From the UHGV virus genome UHGV-0169025: a DNA stretch of 12,045 nucleotides; one strand, 5' to 3'. Positions 1-7,203 of the stretch are shown one piece after another. Made by a program: the position numbers and the translations under genes. Numbering within the stretch: the stretch's first letter is position 1; each line of letters opens with the position of its first letter. Source of the DNA: a virus. The notes under the pieces are model-generated. The model worked only from the letters and a program-made list of their open reading frames with translations. It had not been told where the DNA came from and did not search any database.

Positions 1-49
1 TCACGAAGTCACCTGTCACTCTGTCTGGCTGCCAGATAAGGATTGAGTA

Positions 50-751
50 ATGGCTGATTCGAATCTCAATGAGCCGGTAATCATTCAGGCTACACGACTC
101 GACACATCAGTCCTTCCACGCAATATATTCAGCCAGTCTTACCTGTTGTATGTCATTAATCAGGGGGCTGATGTCGGCGCAATTGCCGGGAAGGCAAATC
201 AGGCTGGTCAGGGCGCTTACGATGCCCAGGTAAAAAACGATGAACAGGATGTCGAACTGGCTGATCACGACGCAAGAATCACCGCAAACACAAAAGCGAT
301 AAATCTCCTTGAGGTCAGGTTAACAACCGCCGAAGGGAAGATAGTCGTACTGCGTAGCGATGTTGATTACTTGCTGGATGAGGTTATCGATATTCAGGCG
401 CATCTGGTCACTGTTGACCAAAGACTGGATGACGTAGAAAACGATGTCTCTGGCATTAAGAGTGATTACGTATCGAAAACCGTAACCGAATTGCAGTCTC
501 TTGAGTCACCGCTGGATGTAAAAACATCATATTCAGTTGATGGAATTCAGGTTGTTGGAGCAAGAAATACCGGATGGACTGCAGCCACAGGTACGCCACT
601 TCTTGGCTCATTCAACGCTAACCAGTCATACACTGTCGGCACTACGTACACGCAATCCGAAGTCGCCGCTCTCGCTACAGGTTTGCAGCAGGCGCGGCAG
701 CGTATTCTGGCGCTTGAAACGGCACTTAGATTACATGGGCTGATTGACTGA
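50..751 (+). CDS. Phage tail needle (plug) protein, P22 gp26 family
   Basis: 233-aa ORF. The N-terminus [18 protein letters not shown]...[19 protein letters not shown], the heptad-rich central region and the C-terminus [19 protein letters not shown] fit my recollection of the trimeric coiled-coil P22 gp26. Stop overlaps the next start (TGATG at 749-753). Position before gp14/7/20/16-like genes matches P22 order. Confidence 0.85.
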   Translation: MADSNLNEPVIIQATRLDTSVLPRNIFSQSYLLYVINQGADVGAIAGKANQAGQGAYDAQVKNDEQDVELADHDARITANTKAINLLEVRLTTAEGKIVVLRSDVDYLLDEVIDIQAHLVTVDQRLDDVENDVSGIKSDYVSKTVTELQSLESPLDVKTSYSVDGIQVVGARNTGWTAATGTPLLGSFNANQSYTVGTTYTQSEVAALATGLQQARQRILALETALRLHGLID

Positions 752-1206
752 TGATTACATTCAAACCAACGCGAAACATCGACCTGATCGAAGCAGTAGG
801 AAATCACCCTGACATCATCGCCGGGAGCAACAACGGTGATGGATACGACTACAAACCTGATTGCCGTTACTTTGAGGTGAACGTGCACGGTCAGTTTGGC
901 GGCATTGTTTACTATCAGGAGATTCAGCCGCTGACATTCGATTGCCACGCCATGTACCTGCCAGAGGTTCGCGGATTCAGCAAGGAAATCGGGCTGGCGT
1001 TCTGGCGATACATTCTGACTAACACCACTGTTCAGTGTGTCATATCGTTCGCTGCGCGCAAATTCCGCCACGGGCAGATGTACTGCGCAATGATTGGCCT
1101 TAATCGTGTAGGAACCATCAAGAAATACTTCAAAGGCGTGGATGACGTGACGTTTTACAGCGCCACACGCGAAGAACTAATCGACTTCCTGAATCACAGG
1201 AGATAG
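751..1206 (+). CDS. Phage protein at the P22 gene 14 position (gp14-like, infectivity/ejection-associated)
   Basis: 151-aa ORF, start overlaps the upstream stop by 1 nt, ends 2 nt before the gp7-like start. Assignment is positional (between gp26-like and gp7-like); I do not recognise the sequence itself. Confidence 0.7.
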   Translation: MITFKPTRNIDLIEAVGNHPDIIAGSNNGDGYDYKPDCRYFEVNVHGQFGGIVYYQEIQPLTFDCHAMYLPEVRGFSKEIGLAFWRYILTNTTVQCVISFAARKFRHGQMYCAMIGLNRVGTIKKYFKGVDDVTFYSATREELIDFLNHRR

Positions 1207-1208
1207 CC

Positions 1209-1904
1209 ATGTTATATGCATTTAAGCTGGGCAGAAAACTGCGTGGCGAGGAACCTTATTGCCCTGAAAAAGGCGGGAAAGGTGGCAGTTCTGATAAAAG
1301 TGCAAAGTATGCCGCAGAAGCTCAGAAGTATGCCGCAGACCTGCAAAATCAGCAGTTCAACACCATCATGAACAACCTGAAACCGTTTACTCCTCTGGCT
1401 GAGAAGTATGTCGGCAGCCTCGAGAACTTATCGTCTCTGGAGGGGCAAGGTCAGGCGCTTAACCAGTATTACAACTCTCAGCAGTACAAAGACCTTGCTG
1501 GTCAGGCGCGCTATCAGAGTCTGGCGGCAGCGGAAGCAACAGGTGGATTAGGTTCCACCGCAACCAGTAATCAGTTAGCAACAATCGCACCAACTCTTGG
1601 CCAGCAATGGCTATCTGGACAAATGAACAACTACCAGAATCTGGCAAATATTGGTCTTGGCGCTCTTCAGGGACAGGCAAACGCCGGGCAAACATATGCC
1701 AACAACATGAGTCAGATTTCGCAGCAAAGTGCGGCTCTTGCAGCGGCAAATGCTAATAGACCTTCCGGCCTTCAATCTGCAATAGGAGGGGCTGCCTCTG
1801 GAGCAATTGCTGGAGCACAGCTTGGCAGCATTGTTCCAGGTATTGGTACTGGTATTGGTGCCGCTGTTGGTGGCGGTCTTGGTCTGCTTGGCTCGTTGTT
1901 TTAA
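1209..1904 (+). CDS. Ejection (E) protein, P22 gp7-like
   Basis: 231 aa (P22 gp7 is about 229 aa). SD AGGAG at 1198-1202, 6 nt before ATG 1209. Q/N/A-rich low-complexity body and a C-terminal glycine-zipper hydrophobic tail (AIGGAASGAIAGAQLGSIVPGIGTGIGAAVGGGLGLLGSLF). Position matches P22 gene 7. Confidence 0.8.
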   Translation: MLYAFKLGRKLRGEEPYCPEKGGKGGSSDKSAKYAAEAQKYAADLQNQQFNTIMNNLKPFTPLAEKYVGSLENLSSLEGQGQALNQYYNSQQYKDLAGQARYQSLAAAEATGGLGSTATSNQLATIAPTLGQQWLSGQMNNYQNLANIGLGALQGQANAGQTYANNMSQISQQSAALAAANANRPSGLQSAIGGAASGAIAGAQLGSIVPGIGTGIGAAVGGGLGLLGSLF

Positions 1905-1914
1905 GGGGTAATCA

Positions 1915-3279
1915 ATGGCTACGTGGCAACAGGGTATTAATTCTGGTGGTTTTCTGGCTGGCATTGGTGCGCAAAACGAGAATGCGCCAAAGGCAAGCGA
2001 CATTAACGCAACGCTTGGTCTGATCCGCGAAAACAATGAACTAGCTCGCTCAGGTGCAAATAACGTTGGCCTGACCGCCTTACGTGGTCTGGCTGGAGTT
2101 GCTGATATTTATAAGCAGGAGCAGCAACAGAAAGCTATTAGGGCGTTCAATAAGGTTCACGCTGATGCATGGGCTTCTGGTGATCCATCGGGACTATTTA
2201 AGTTTGCCCAGGAAAATCCAGCGTTTGTTGCACAGGCACAACAGGCGTTTTCCGGTCTTAATGAGCAGCAACGCAACGATATGGGCGATTTAGCCATGAG
2301 GGCTAACGTCGCTCTTTCTCAGGGACCGGAAGCCTACAGTAAATTCATTACTGACAACAAGGACAGGTTAAATCGCGTTGGTGCTAATGCTGACTGGATG
2401 ATTCAGACAGGTATCCAGAATCCAGAGCAGCTATCACACATGCTGACTACTATGTCTATCGGTGCGCTTGGACCAGAAAAGGCGTTTGCTGTTCAGGATA
2501 AGATGGCTGGTCGTGAAATTGACCGAGGCAGGCTGGCAGAGACAATCCGCAGCAATCAGGCTGGCGAGGCGCTAACAGCGCGTGGTCAGAATATCACGAT
2601 GCGCGGTCAGGATTTATCGATGCAGAGAGCATCAATGAAAGGGGCGGTTGGGAATAATGAGCGTACAGTTCAGTTAGCAGATGGCAGAACTGTAACGGTA
2701 GGCGGGAAGCTTCACGGCGCTGGGGCTAATGCGTTCTACGAAGGTATCGACAACGAGGGGAATATGGTTCGCGTTCCTGCTGGCTCTATTGCCGCTCCGG
2801 CTACATCGGCAGCAAGCGCGCAGAATTACACAATGAAGAAAGATCTTGATGCAATTTCTGGTGCATCAATTGACGATCTTGGCTTCATGACTGGCATTAC
2901 AGGCTCTTCAGGTTCTCCTGCTCTTGGTGCAGATATTCGTAGCCGTGCATCTGGTGGTGATCAGAGGAAACTATACAACGCTGCACAGCGAATCCAAGGA
3001 AAGATGCAGAATCAGGGCATTGCAGCAGCCAGAGACATGGGGGCATCCGGTATCAACACCGTTGCAGAAGCAAAGATGTATTTTCAAGGTATGCCACAGG
3101 TTGATTTCTCAAGCCCTGAAGCACTGCAACAATCAATGCGCGACATTCAGCAATATACCGACAATTACAACCAACAATATAACGTTAATGTTGGTAAATC
3201 TCAGCGGCAGCAATCTCAACCTACACAGGTATCACAGCCAGCAGCCAGCAGTAACTTTTCTTCACTATGGGGTGATTAA
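1915..3279 (+). CDS. Ejection (E) protein, P22 gp20-like
   Basis: 454 aa (P22 gp20 is about 471 aa). SD AAGGGG 6 nt upstream of ATG 1915. Stop overlaps the next start (TAATG at 3277-3281). Assignment by position and size. Confidence 0.8.
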   Translation: MATWQQGINSGGFLAGIGAQNENAPKASDINATLGLIRENNELARSGANNVGLTALRGLAGVADIYKQEQQQKAIRAFNKVHADAWASGDPSGLFKFAQENPAFVAQAQQAFSGLNEQQRNDMGDLAMRANVALSQGPEAYSKFITDNKDRLNRVGANADWMIQTGIQNPEQLSHMLTTMSIGALGPEKAFAVQDKMAGREIDRGRLAETIRSNQAGEALTARGQNITMRGQDLSMQRASMKGAVGNNERTVQLADGRTVTVGGKLHGAGANAFYEGIDNEGNMVRVPAGSIAAPATSAASAQNYTMKKDLDAISGASIDDLGFMTGITGSSGSPALGADIRSRASGGDQRKLYNAAQRIQGKMQNQGIAAARDMGASGINTVAEAKMYFQGMPQVDFSSPEALQQSMRDIQQYTDNYNQQYNVNVGKSQRQQSQPTQVSQPAASSNFSSLWGD

Positions 3280-5144
3280 TGGCTAAAGCATGGAAAGATG
3301 TTATCGCCTCTCCACAGTATCAGGCGTTAACTGAAGAACAGAAAGCACAGGCTCAAGCGCAATATTTTGATGAGGTTGTTGCCCCTAAGGCTGGTGACAA
3401 ATGGGCTGAAGCAAGAGATCAGTTTTATGCAGCATACCCTCCGCCTCAGCAGCAGAAAGAAGAACCATCATTGATGCAACAAGCTGGTGATTGGCTCACA
3501 GGTGGTCAAAGTGCAGGGCAAATTGCAGAGCAGGCTGGTCGTGGTCTGGTAAACATACCATTCGACGTATTACAGGGCGGCGCAAGCCTGATTAATGCAA
3601 TCAGCCAGGGGCTTGGTGGCCCCAAGGTTTTGGATGATGTTTATCGTCCAGTCGATCGACCGACAGACCCCTACGCTCAAGCTGGTGAAACAATTGGCGG
3701 GTATTTAGTTCCAGGAGTTGGAACGGCAGGAAGCATGGCTATTGGATCACTGGCAGAGGCCGCAAATCAGAAAGGCGATTTCGCACAAAATGCAACTAAA
3801 AATGCCGGAGTTAACCTTGCCGCTCAGGGGGTTCTTTCCGCAGCAGCAAAGGGTATAGGGCGTGGAATTACTGCTGTTCGTGGCGAAATATCACCAGCAG
3901 ATCAGCAATTGCTCAAGCGTGCCGCTGCGGCAGATGTACCAGTTATGACATCGGATGTAGTTCCTCCAAAAACAAAACTTGGCAATCAACTGCAGGGTTA
4001 CTCAGAAGGAGTCATAGCTGGGACTGGACCAATGAGAGCCGCACAGCAGGATGCTAGAACCAAGCTTGTTAATCGCTTCACCGAAAAATACGGCGACTAC
4101 GATCCATCTGTAGTCGTTGATAGTCTAAAGTCAGGAGTTGCAAGGGAAAAATCGTTAGCCAAGTCAAAACTAAACAACCTGTCAGGAAGAATGGTTGGAA
4201 AGCCAGTTGATACAAGTGGCGCCATAAGAGCTATCGACGGAGCAGTAAACGAACTTGGGAAACTTAAAGGTGTTTCTGACACCCAGACCATTTCTGCGCT
4301 TAATGATTATAAGAATGCCATTCAGGAGATAACAAATGGAGATGATGCCTTTGAGTTACTTGATAAGCTGAGAACTCAGTTCCGCATTGACGTAAAAGGC
4401 GATCGTACAGTTCTGCCATCAATGTCGCAAACAATGGTCGACAGGGTCTACAACTCGCTAACCAATAGCCTTAGTAAATCTATAGCGAAAGGACTTAGCC
4501 CAAAAGATGCTTCAGCATGGAGAGCGGGAAAAGCTGATTATGCAAAAATGGCAACACATGCAACTCAAACGCGCCTTAAAAACGTTCTAAACAAAGGAGA
4601 TTTAACTCCCGAGGCTGTAAATACCATTGTGTATGGACAATATGGGTCAGATATAGCTCGATTGTACGGGAAACTCGATCAAAAAGGTAAAGACATGCTA
4701 AGGGCGGCATATATCAGCAAAATAGCTGACAAGGTAGGTGACAGCCCTCAGAAAATGATGACCGAGCTTGGCAAGCTGCAAAAACAAGCAAATGGTCAGG
4801 TGTTTAAAACCGTATTTGGTGGGAAGAACGGAAAAGAGATAGAGGGGATGTTATCTATTCTCGATGCTACCAAAAGAGCATCTGAGGCTAATGTTGTGAC
4901 GAAGACTGGCATGACACTCGCGCCTTTGGTAAGGGTTATTGGTAACCTAAAAACCGGAGGCGCGCTATTGGCTGGGGAAACAGGGATTGGCCTTATGTCG
5001 AGGGTTTATGAAAGCCCTATGGCTAGGAATGCGCTCTTACGTCTGGCAAACACTAAAGCTGGAACGCCAGCTTATGAAAGAGCGCTGAATAACGCCGCAA
5101 ATGCCATCAGACCAATACTTGCCAATGATGCAACTGATCGCTAA
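3279..5144 (+). CDS. Ejection (E) protein, P22 gp16-like
   Basis: 621 aa (P22 gp16 is about 609 aa). Translationally coupled to the upstream gene. Last gene of the + strand late block before the accessory region, as in P22. Confidence 0.8.
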   Translation: MAKAWKDVIASPQYQALTEEQKAQAQAQYFDEVVAPKAGDKWAEARDQFYAAYPPPQQQKEEPSLMQQAGDWLTGGQSAGQIAEQAGRGLVNIPFDVLQGGASLINAISQGLGGPKVLDDVYRPVDRPTDPYAQAGETIGGYLVPGVGTAGSMAIGSLAEAANQKGDFAQNATKNAGVNLAAQGVLSAAAKGIGRGITAVRGEISPADQQLLKRAAAADVPVMTSDVVPPKTKLGNQLQGYSEGVIAGTGPMRAAQQDARTKLVNRFTEKYGDYDPSVVVDSLKSGVAREKSLAKSKLNNLSGRMVGKPVDTSGAIRAIDGAVNELGKLKGVSDTQTISALNDYKNAIQEITNGDDAFELLDKLRTQFRIDVKGDRTVLPSMSQTMVDRVYNSLTNSLSKSIAKGLSPKDASAWRAGKADYAKMATHATQTRLKNVLNKGDLTPEAVNTIVYGQYGSDIARLYGKLDQKGKDMLRAAYISKIADKVGDSPQKMMTELGKLQKQANGQVFKTVFGGKNGKEIEGMLSILDATKRASEANVVTKTGMTLAPLVRVIGNLKTGGALLAGETGIGLMSRVYESPMARNALLRLANTKAGTPAYERALNNAANAIRPILANDATDR

Positions 5145-5165
5145 GGGTTGATGTCATGGATGTTG

Positions 5166-5804
5166 TTAATTGCGAATGGAATCGCGGAACTCTTTGCTTG
5201 ATAGAAAAGGATCTGTTCTCCTTAACTCATCATAGTTTTTATTAAACTTTCTTGCTTCACCTGGGTATCTGTTGAACAAAACATTGCAGAAAAAAGAGAG
5301 CAATAACTCACATATGAATGCTAATACCCTGAAAAATAAAGGTATAAAAAGAAGGGAAGGTTCATTGAAGTCTCTATTCCAAACAAAATAGACAATCATC
5401 CCGACATACCAAATTGATATCCCTATACTGATGATTGTTCCAACAGAGGTAACTACGATCCCGATTAAGTCGGACAGTCTGTTTGCCAGTAACTCATTTG
5501 AGTATCTTGCAATCATATACCGCCAACATTTTGCAATATCATCCTGATCTGTAGAGTCTTCTGGAATAGCTAGGCTTCTACATATTGAAGTAGCTCTTTT
5601 TTTCTCAACTCTTTTTGAGAGCCACCCATTAAAGAGATACATCAACACCTGCGTTGCTATTCCTGCACCAAGTGATATCAAAGACATCCCCAAAAATCGC
5701 CATCCTGGAGATAGTGACTGGTACTGCCAAACAAAAAAAATTAAAAAACCCAATGAGCCTATGACATAGGCTGATGTATCGCTATATATATCTATTTTTT
5801 TCAT
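5166..5804 (-). CDS. Predicted 4-helix inner-membrane protein at the sieA position; candidate superinfection-exclusion or abortive-infection protein
   Basis: Minus-strand ORF. Preferred start is ATG at 5804, preceded by SD AAGGAG (revcomp of 5815-5820); the ORF-track start at 5837 is a GTG. Four hydrophobic segments (AYVIGSLGFLIFFVWQY; FLGMSLISLGAGIATQVLMYLF; LIGIVVTSVGTIISIGISIWYVGMIVYFVW; LLFIPLFFRVLAFICELLLSFFCNVLF). Visibly AT-rich DNA. Lies directly downstream of and co-oriented with the Mnt-like gene. Confidence 0.65.
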   Translation of the reverse strand: MKKIDIYSDTSAYVIGSLGFLIFFVWQYQSLSPGWRFLGMSLISLGAGIATQVLMYLFNGWLSKRVEKKRATSICRSLAIPEDSTDQDDIAKCWRYMIARYSNELLANRLSDLIGIVVTSVGTIISIGISIWYVGMIVYFVWNRDFNEPSLLFIPLFFRVLAFICELLLSFFCNVLFNRYPGEARKFNKNYDELRRTDPFLSSKEFRDSIRN

Positions 5805-5854
5805 TGAGTAGCCACTCCTTAGTTTTGAGCAGAACACCGGATGATAATGTTTTG

Positions 5855-6106
5855 TTATGTGTCTTTTGGGATTCTATCCAGTAACTCGTTGGAAATTTTA
5901 TCAAGTAAAGATTTTATTTGTTTAAGATCTAATGATTTGTCTACTGATGAGACGTCATATGATAACGCATCCTCAAGAATTTGAACTATCTCTGAGTTCA
6001 TAGATCGACCGTTTCGTTTAGCCCTTTCCGCAATAGCACTACGCATGCCGTCAGGCATTCTAACCGTAAATCTTTCTATGAAATTTGATTCGTCTTTTTC
6101 TGACAT
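5855..6106 (-). CDS. Ribbon-helix-helix repressor, Arc/Mnt family (Mnt-like, positional mnt equivalent)
   Basis: RHH signature FTVRMPDGMRSAIAERAKRNGRSMNSEIVQILEDAL resembles the Mnt/Arc N-terminal fold (NGRSMNSE...Q...DAL). Start chosen at ATG 6106 (MSEKDESNF...) so the beta-strand sits near the N-terminus; the longer ORF-track start (ATG 6151/6154) adds a hydrophobic MMLLCFLLLICLANKK extension that looks unlikely. Divergent from the Arc-like gene as in P22 immI. Confidence 0.7.
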   Translation of the reverse strand: MSEKDESNFIERFTVRMPDGMRSAIAERAKRNGRSMNSEIVQILEDALSYDVSSVDKSLDLKQIKSLLDKISNELLDRIPKDT

Positions 6107-6155
6107 TTTCTTATTCGCAAGGCATATGAGCAATAAAAAACACAGTAGCATCATA

Positions 6156-6215
6156 TTGACATTATGAGCAATGGCATCATAATGGTGTCATGACATCATG
6201 GTGATGTCATTATGA
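6156..6215. promoter_or_regulatory. Divergent overlapping sigma70-like promoters (Pant-like rightward, Pmnt-like leftward) with palindromic operators
   Basis: Plus strand: TTGACA (6156-6161), 16-nt spacer, CATAAT (6178-6183). Minus strand: TGACAC (revcomp of 6184-6189), 18-nt spacer, CATAAT (revcomp of 6161-6166). Palindrome O1 CATTATGA-N9-TCATAATG (6160-6184) covers both core promoters. Perfect palindrome O2 ATGACATCA-TGG-TGATGTCAT (6190-6210) sits at the predicted rightward transcription start. A third CATTATGA copy is at 6208-6215. Confidence 0.5.
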
Positions 6216-6226
6216 CGGAGATATTG

Positions 6227-6403
6227 ATGATGAGCGATGTTCTTTACAGTGGTCGTAAAAGTCAGAGTTTCCAGCTTCGTTTGCCAGCGCGAATGAAGGA
6301 GGAGATCAGACGCGTAGCTGAAATGGATGGAATTTCTATCAACTCTGCGATTGTGCAGCGACTGGCTAAAAGCCTGAGAGAGGAAAGAGTTAATGCCCAG
6401 TAA
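6227..6403 (+). CDS. arc: Ribbon-helix-helix repressor, Arc-like
   Basis: 58 aa from ATG 6227 (SD GGAG at 6217-6220, 6-nt spacer); ORF-track start 6212 and ATG 6230 are alternatives. FQLRLPARMKEEIRRVAEMDGISINSAIVQRLAKSL resembles P22 Arc (FNLRWPREVLDLVRKVAEENGRSVNSEIYQRV). First gene of the rightward operon, as in P22. Confidence 0.75.
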   Translation: MMSDVLYSGRKSQSFQLRLPARMKEEIRRVAEMDGISINSAIVQRLAKSLREERVNAQ

Positions 6404-6476
6404 AAATAGTGAAGCCCGGCAGTGCGCGAACACAAACCGGGCCTCTATGTCAGTAACCGTATGCAAGGAAACTAAC
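6404..6476 (-). ncRNA. Candidate sar-like antisense RNA across the arc/ant-like intercistronic region
   Basis: Minus-strand promoter-like elements inside the first codons of the downstream gene: TTGGAA (revcomp of 6507-6512), 18-nt spacer, TACAAT (revcomp of 6483-6488), predicting a start near 6475. A GC hairpin (GCCCGG 6414-6419 / CCGGGC 6437-6442), read on the minus strand, is followed by TTCACTATTTTTA. The transcript would be about 70 nt and complementary to the SD (AAGGAA 6465-6470) and start of the 6477 gene. P22 has an antisense sar RNA at the analogous arc-ant junction. Confidence 0.35.
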
Positions 6477-7115
6477 ATGAGCATTGTAGCAAAATCAGAT
6501 TATAACTTCCAAGGATTCACCTTTAACCCTGTAACAGAGGGTGGGTCTATCTGGTTTACCTCCACCGAACTAGCTAAGGCTCTCGGCTATAAAAAAACTG
6601 ATGCCATCAGCCAAATTTATGCCCGTAATGCTGACGAGTTTTCCGACTCAATGTCATTGACCCTCAATATGAAGGTCAACGGAATAAACAATAGCTTACG
6701 TAACAAATCGGTCAGAGTTTACTCGCTCCGAGGCGCTCACTTGGTGGCGATGTTTGCTTCTACGCCCAAGGCCAAAGAGTTCCGCCGCTGGGTGCTGGAT
6801 ATTTTGGATCGGCAGGCAGAATGCTCACCGATTGCAAAACAGTTTACTGACGAAGAACTGGTTAATCTCTGCTACTTACAATTGTGGATGGAGAAGAGTC
6901 AACAAATGTGCAAACACATCTACCCAGGAATGAAGCAAATTGGTTCTGAGCTTTCAGGAAGGATTTACGATATTGCATATGAGACTCGCTACATGTCAGA
7001 AGAAACCAAGAAATCACTTCTTCGTGAAATGAAGAATCTTGATACCAACAATTTTGTCGTAAAGAACGCTCAGCCAATGCTGGCAAAACTGCGCGGCGAG
7101 GAATGGATTCATTGA
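6477..7115 (+). CDS. Phage antirepressor-like protein with N-terminal Bro-N/AntA-type domain
   Basis: Start ATG 6477 with SD AAGGAA (6465-6470, 6-nt spacer) is preferred over ORF-track start 6393, which overlaps arc. N-terminal region FQGFTFNPVTEGGSIWFTSTELAKALGYKKTDAISQIY...VRVYSLRGAHLVAMFASTPKAKEFRRWVLDILDRQ fits the Bro-N/AntA pattern as I recall it. C-terminal half not recognised. Confidence 0.7.
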   Translation: MSIVAKSDYNFQGFTFNPVTEGGSIWFTSTELAKALGYKKTDAISQIYARNADEFSDSMSLTLNMKVNGINNSLRNKSVRVYSLRGAHLVAMFASTPKAKEFRRWVLDILDRQAECSPIAKQFTDEELVNLCYLQLWMEKSQQMCKHIYPGMKQIGSELSGRIYDIAYETRYMSEETKKSLLREMKNLDTNNFVVKNAQPMLAKLRGEEWIH

Positions 7116-7134
7116 TTGGTGCGCCGGACGGCGC

Positions 7135-7165
7135 AAAAAGAAAACCGCCAGTGTGCTGCTGGCGG
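7135..7165 (-). terminator. Intrinsic-terminator-like hairpin oriented for leftward transcription
   Basis: CCGCCAG (7145-7151), 7-nt loop, CTGGCGG (7159-7165). Read on the minus strand the stem is followed by TTTTCTTTTT (revcomp of 7135-7144). A second 5-bp GC hairpin GCGCC-GGAC-GGCGC lies at 7121-7134. On the plus strand the run is A-rich and upstream of the stem, so it is not a convincing rightward terminator. Confidence 0.3.
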
Positions 7166-7203
7166 CCTATGTCACACCCTTACTACCACATAAGGAATGC
7201 CTA

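Noticed and set aside
547-2036. Minus-strand ORFs 547-1071, 1459-1749 and 1611-2036, and the small plus-strand ORF 537-743
   Set aside because: They lie inside or antisense to the gp26/gp14/gp7-like genes, which have coherent starts and coupling. No RBS and odd composition; treated as frame artefacts.
2084-4291. Small ORFs 2084-2293 (+), 2924-3286 (+) and 4097-4291 (-)
   Set aside because: Nested in alternative frames of the gp20-like and gp16-like genes. No independent support.
5145-5165. Copy of the operator half-site TGATGTCAT (5149-5157) in the gap between the gp16-like and membrane-protein genes
   Set aside because: A single 9-mer half-site with no partner. A chance match of this length in 12 kb is plausible, so it is not called as an operator.
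6393-6476. Longer start (ATG 6393) for the Bro-N-type gene, overlapping the end of arc
   Set aside because: It would translate the structured intercistronic hairpin and lacks an SD. ATG 6477 has a well-spaced AAGGAA and begins just before the recognisable domain.
6188-6484. 98-aa minus-strand ORF antisense to arc
   Set aside because: It overlaps the Arc-like gene and the promoter/operator region with no start signals. The interval is better explained by the arc CDS plus a possible short antisense RNA than by a protein.
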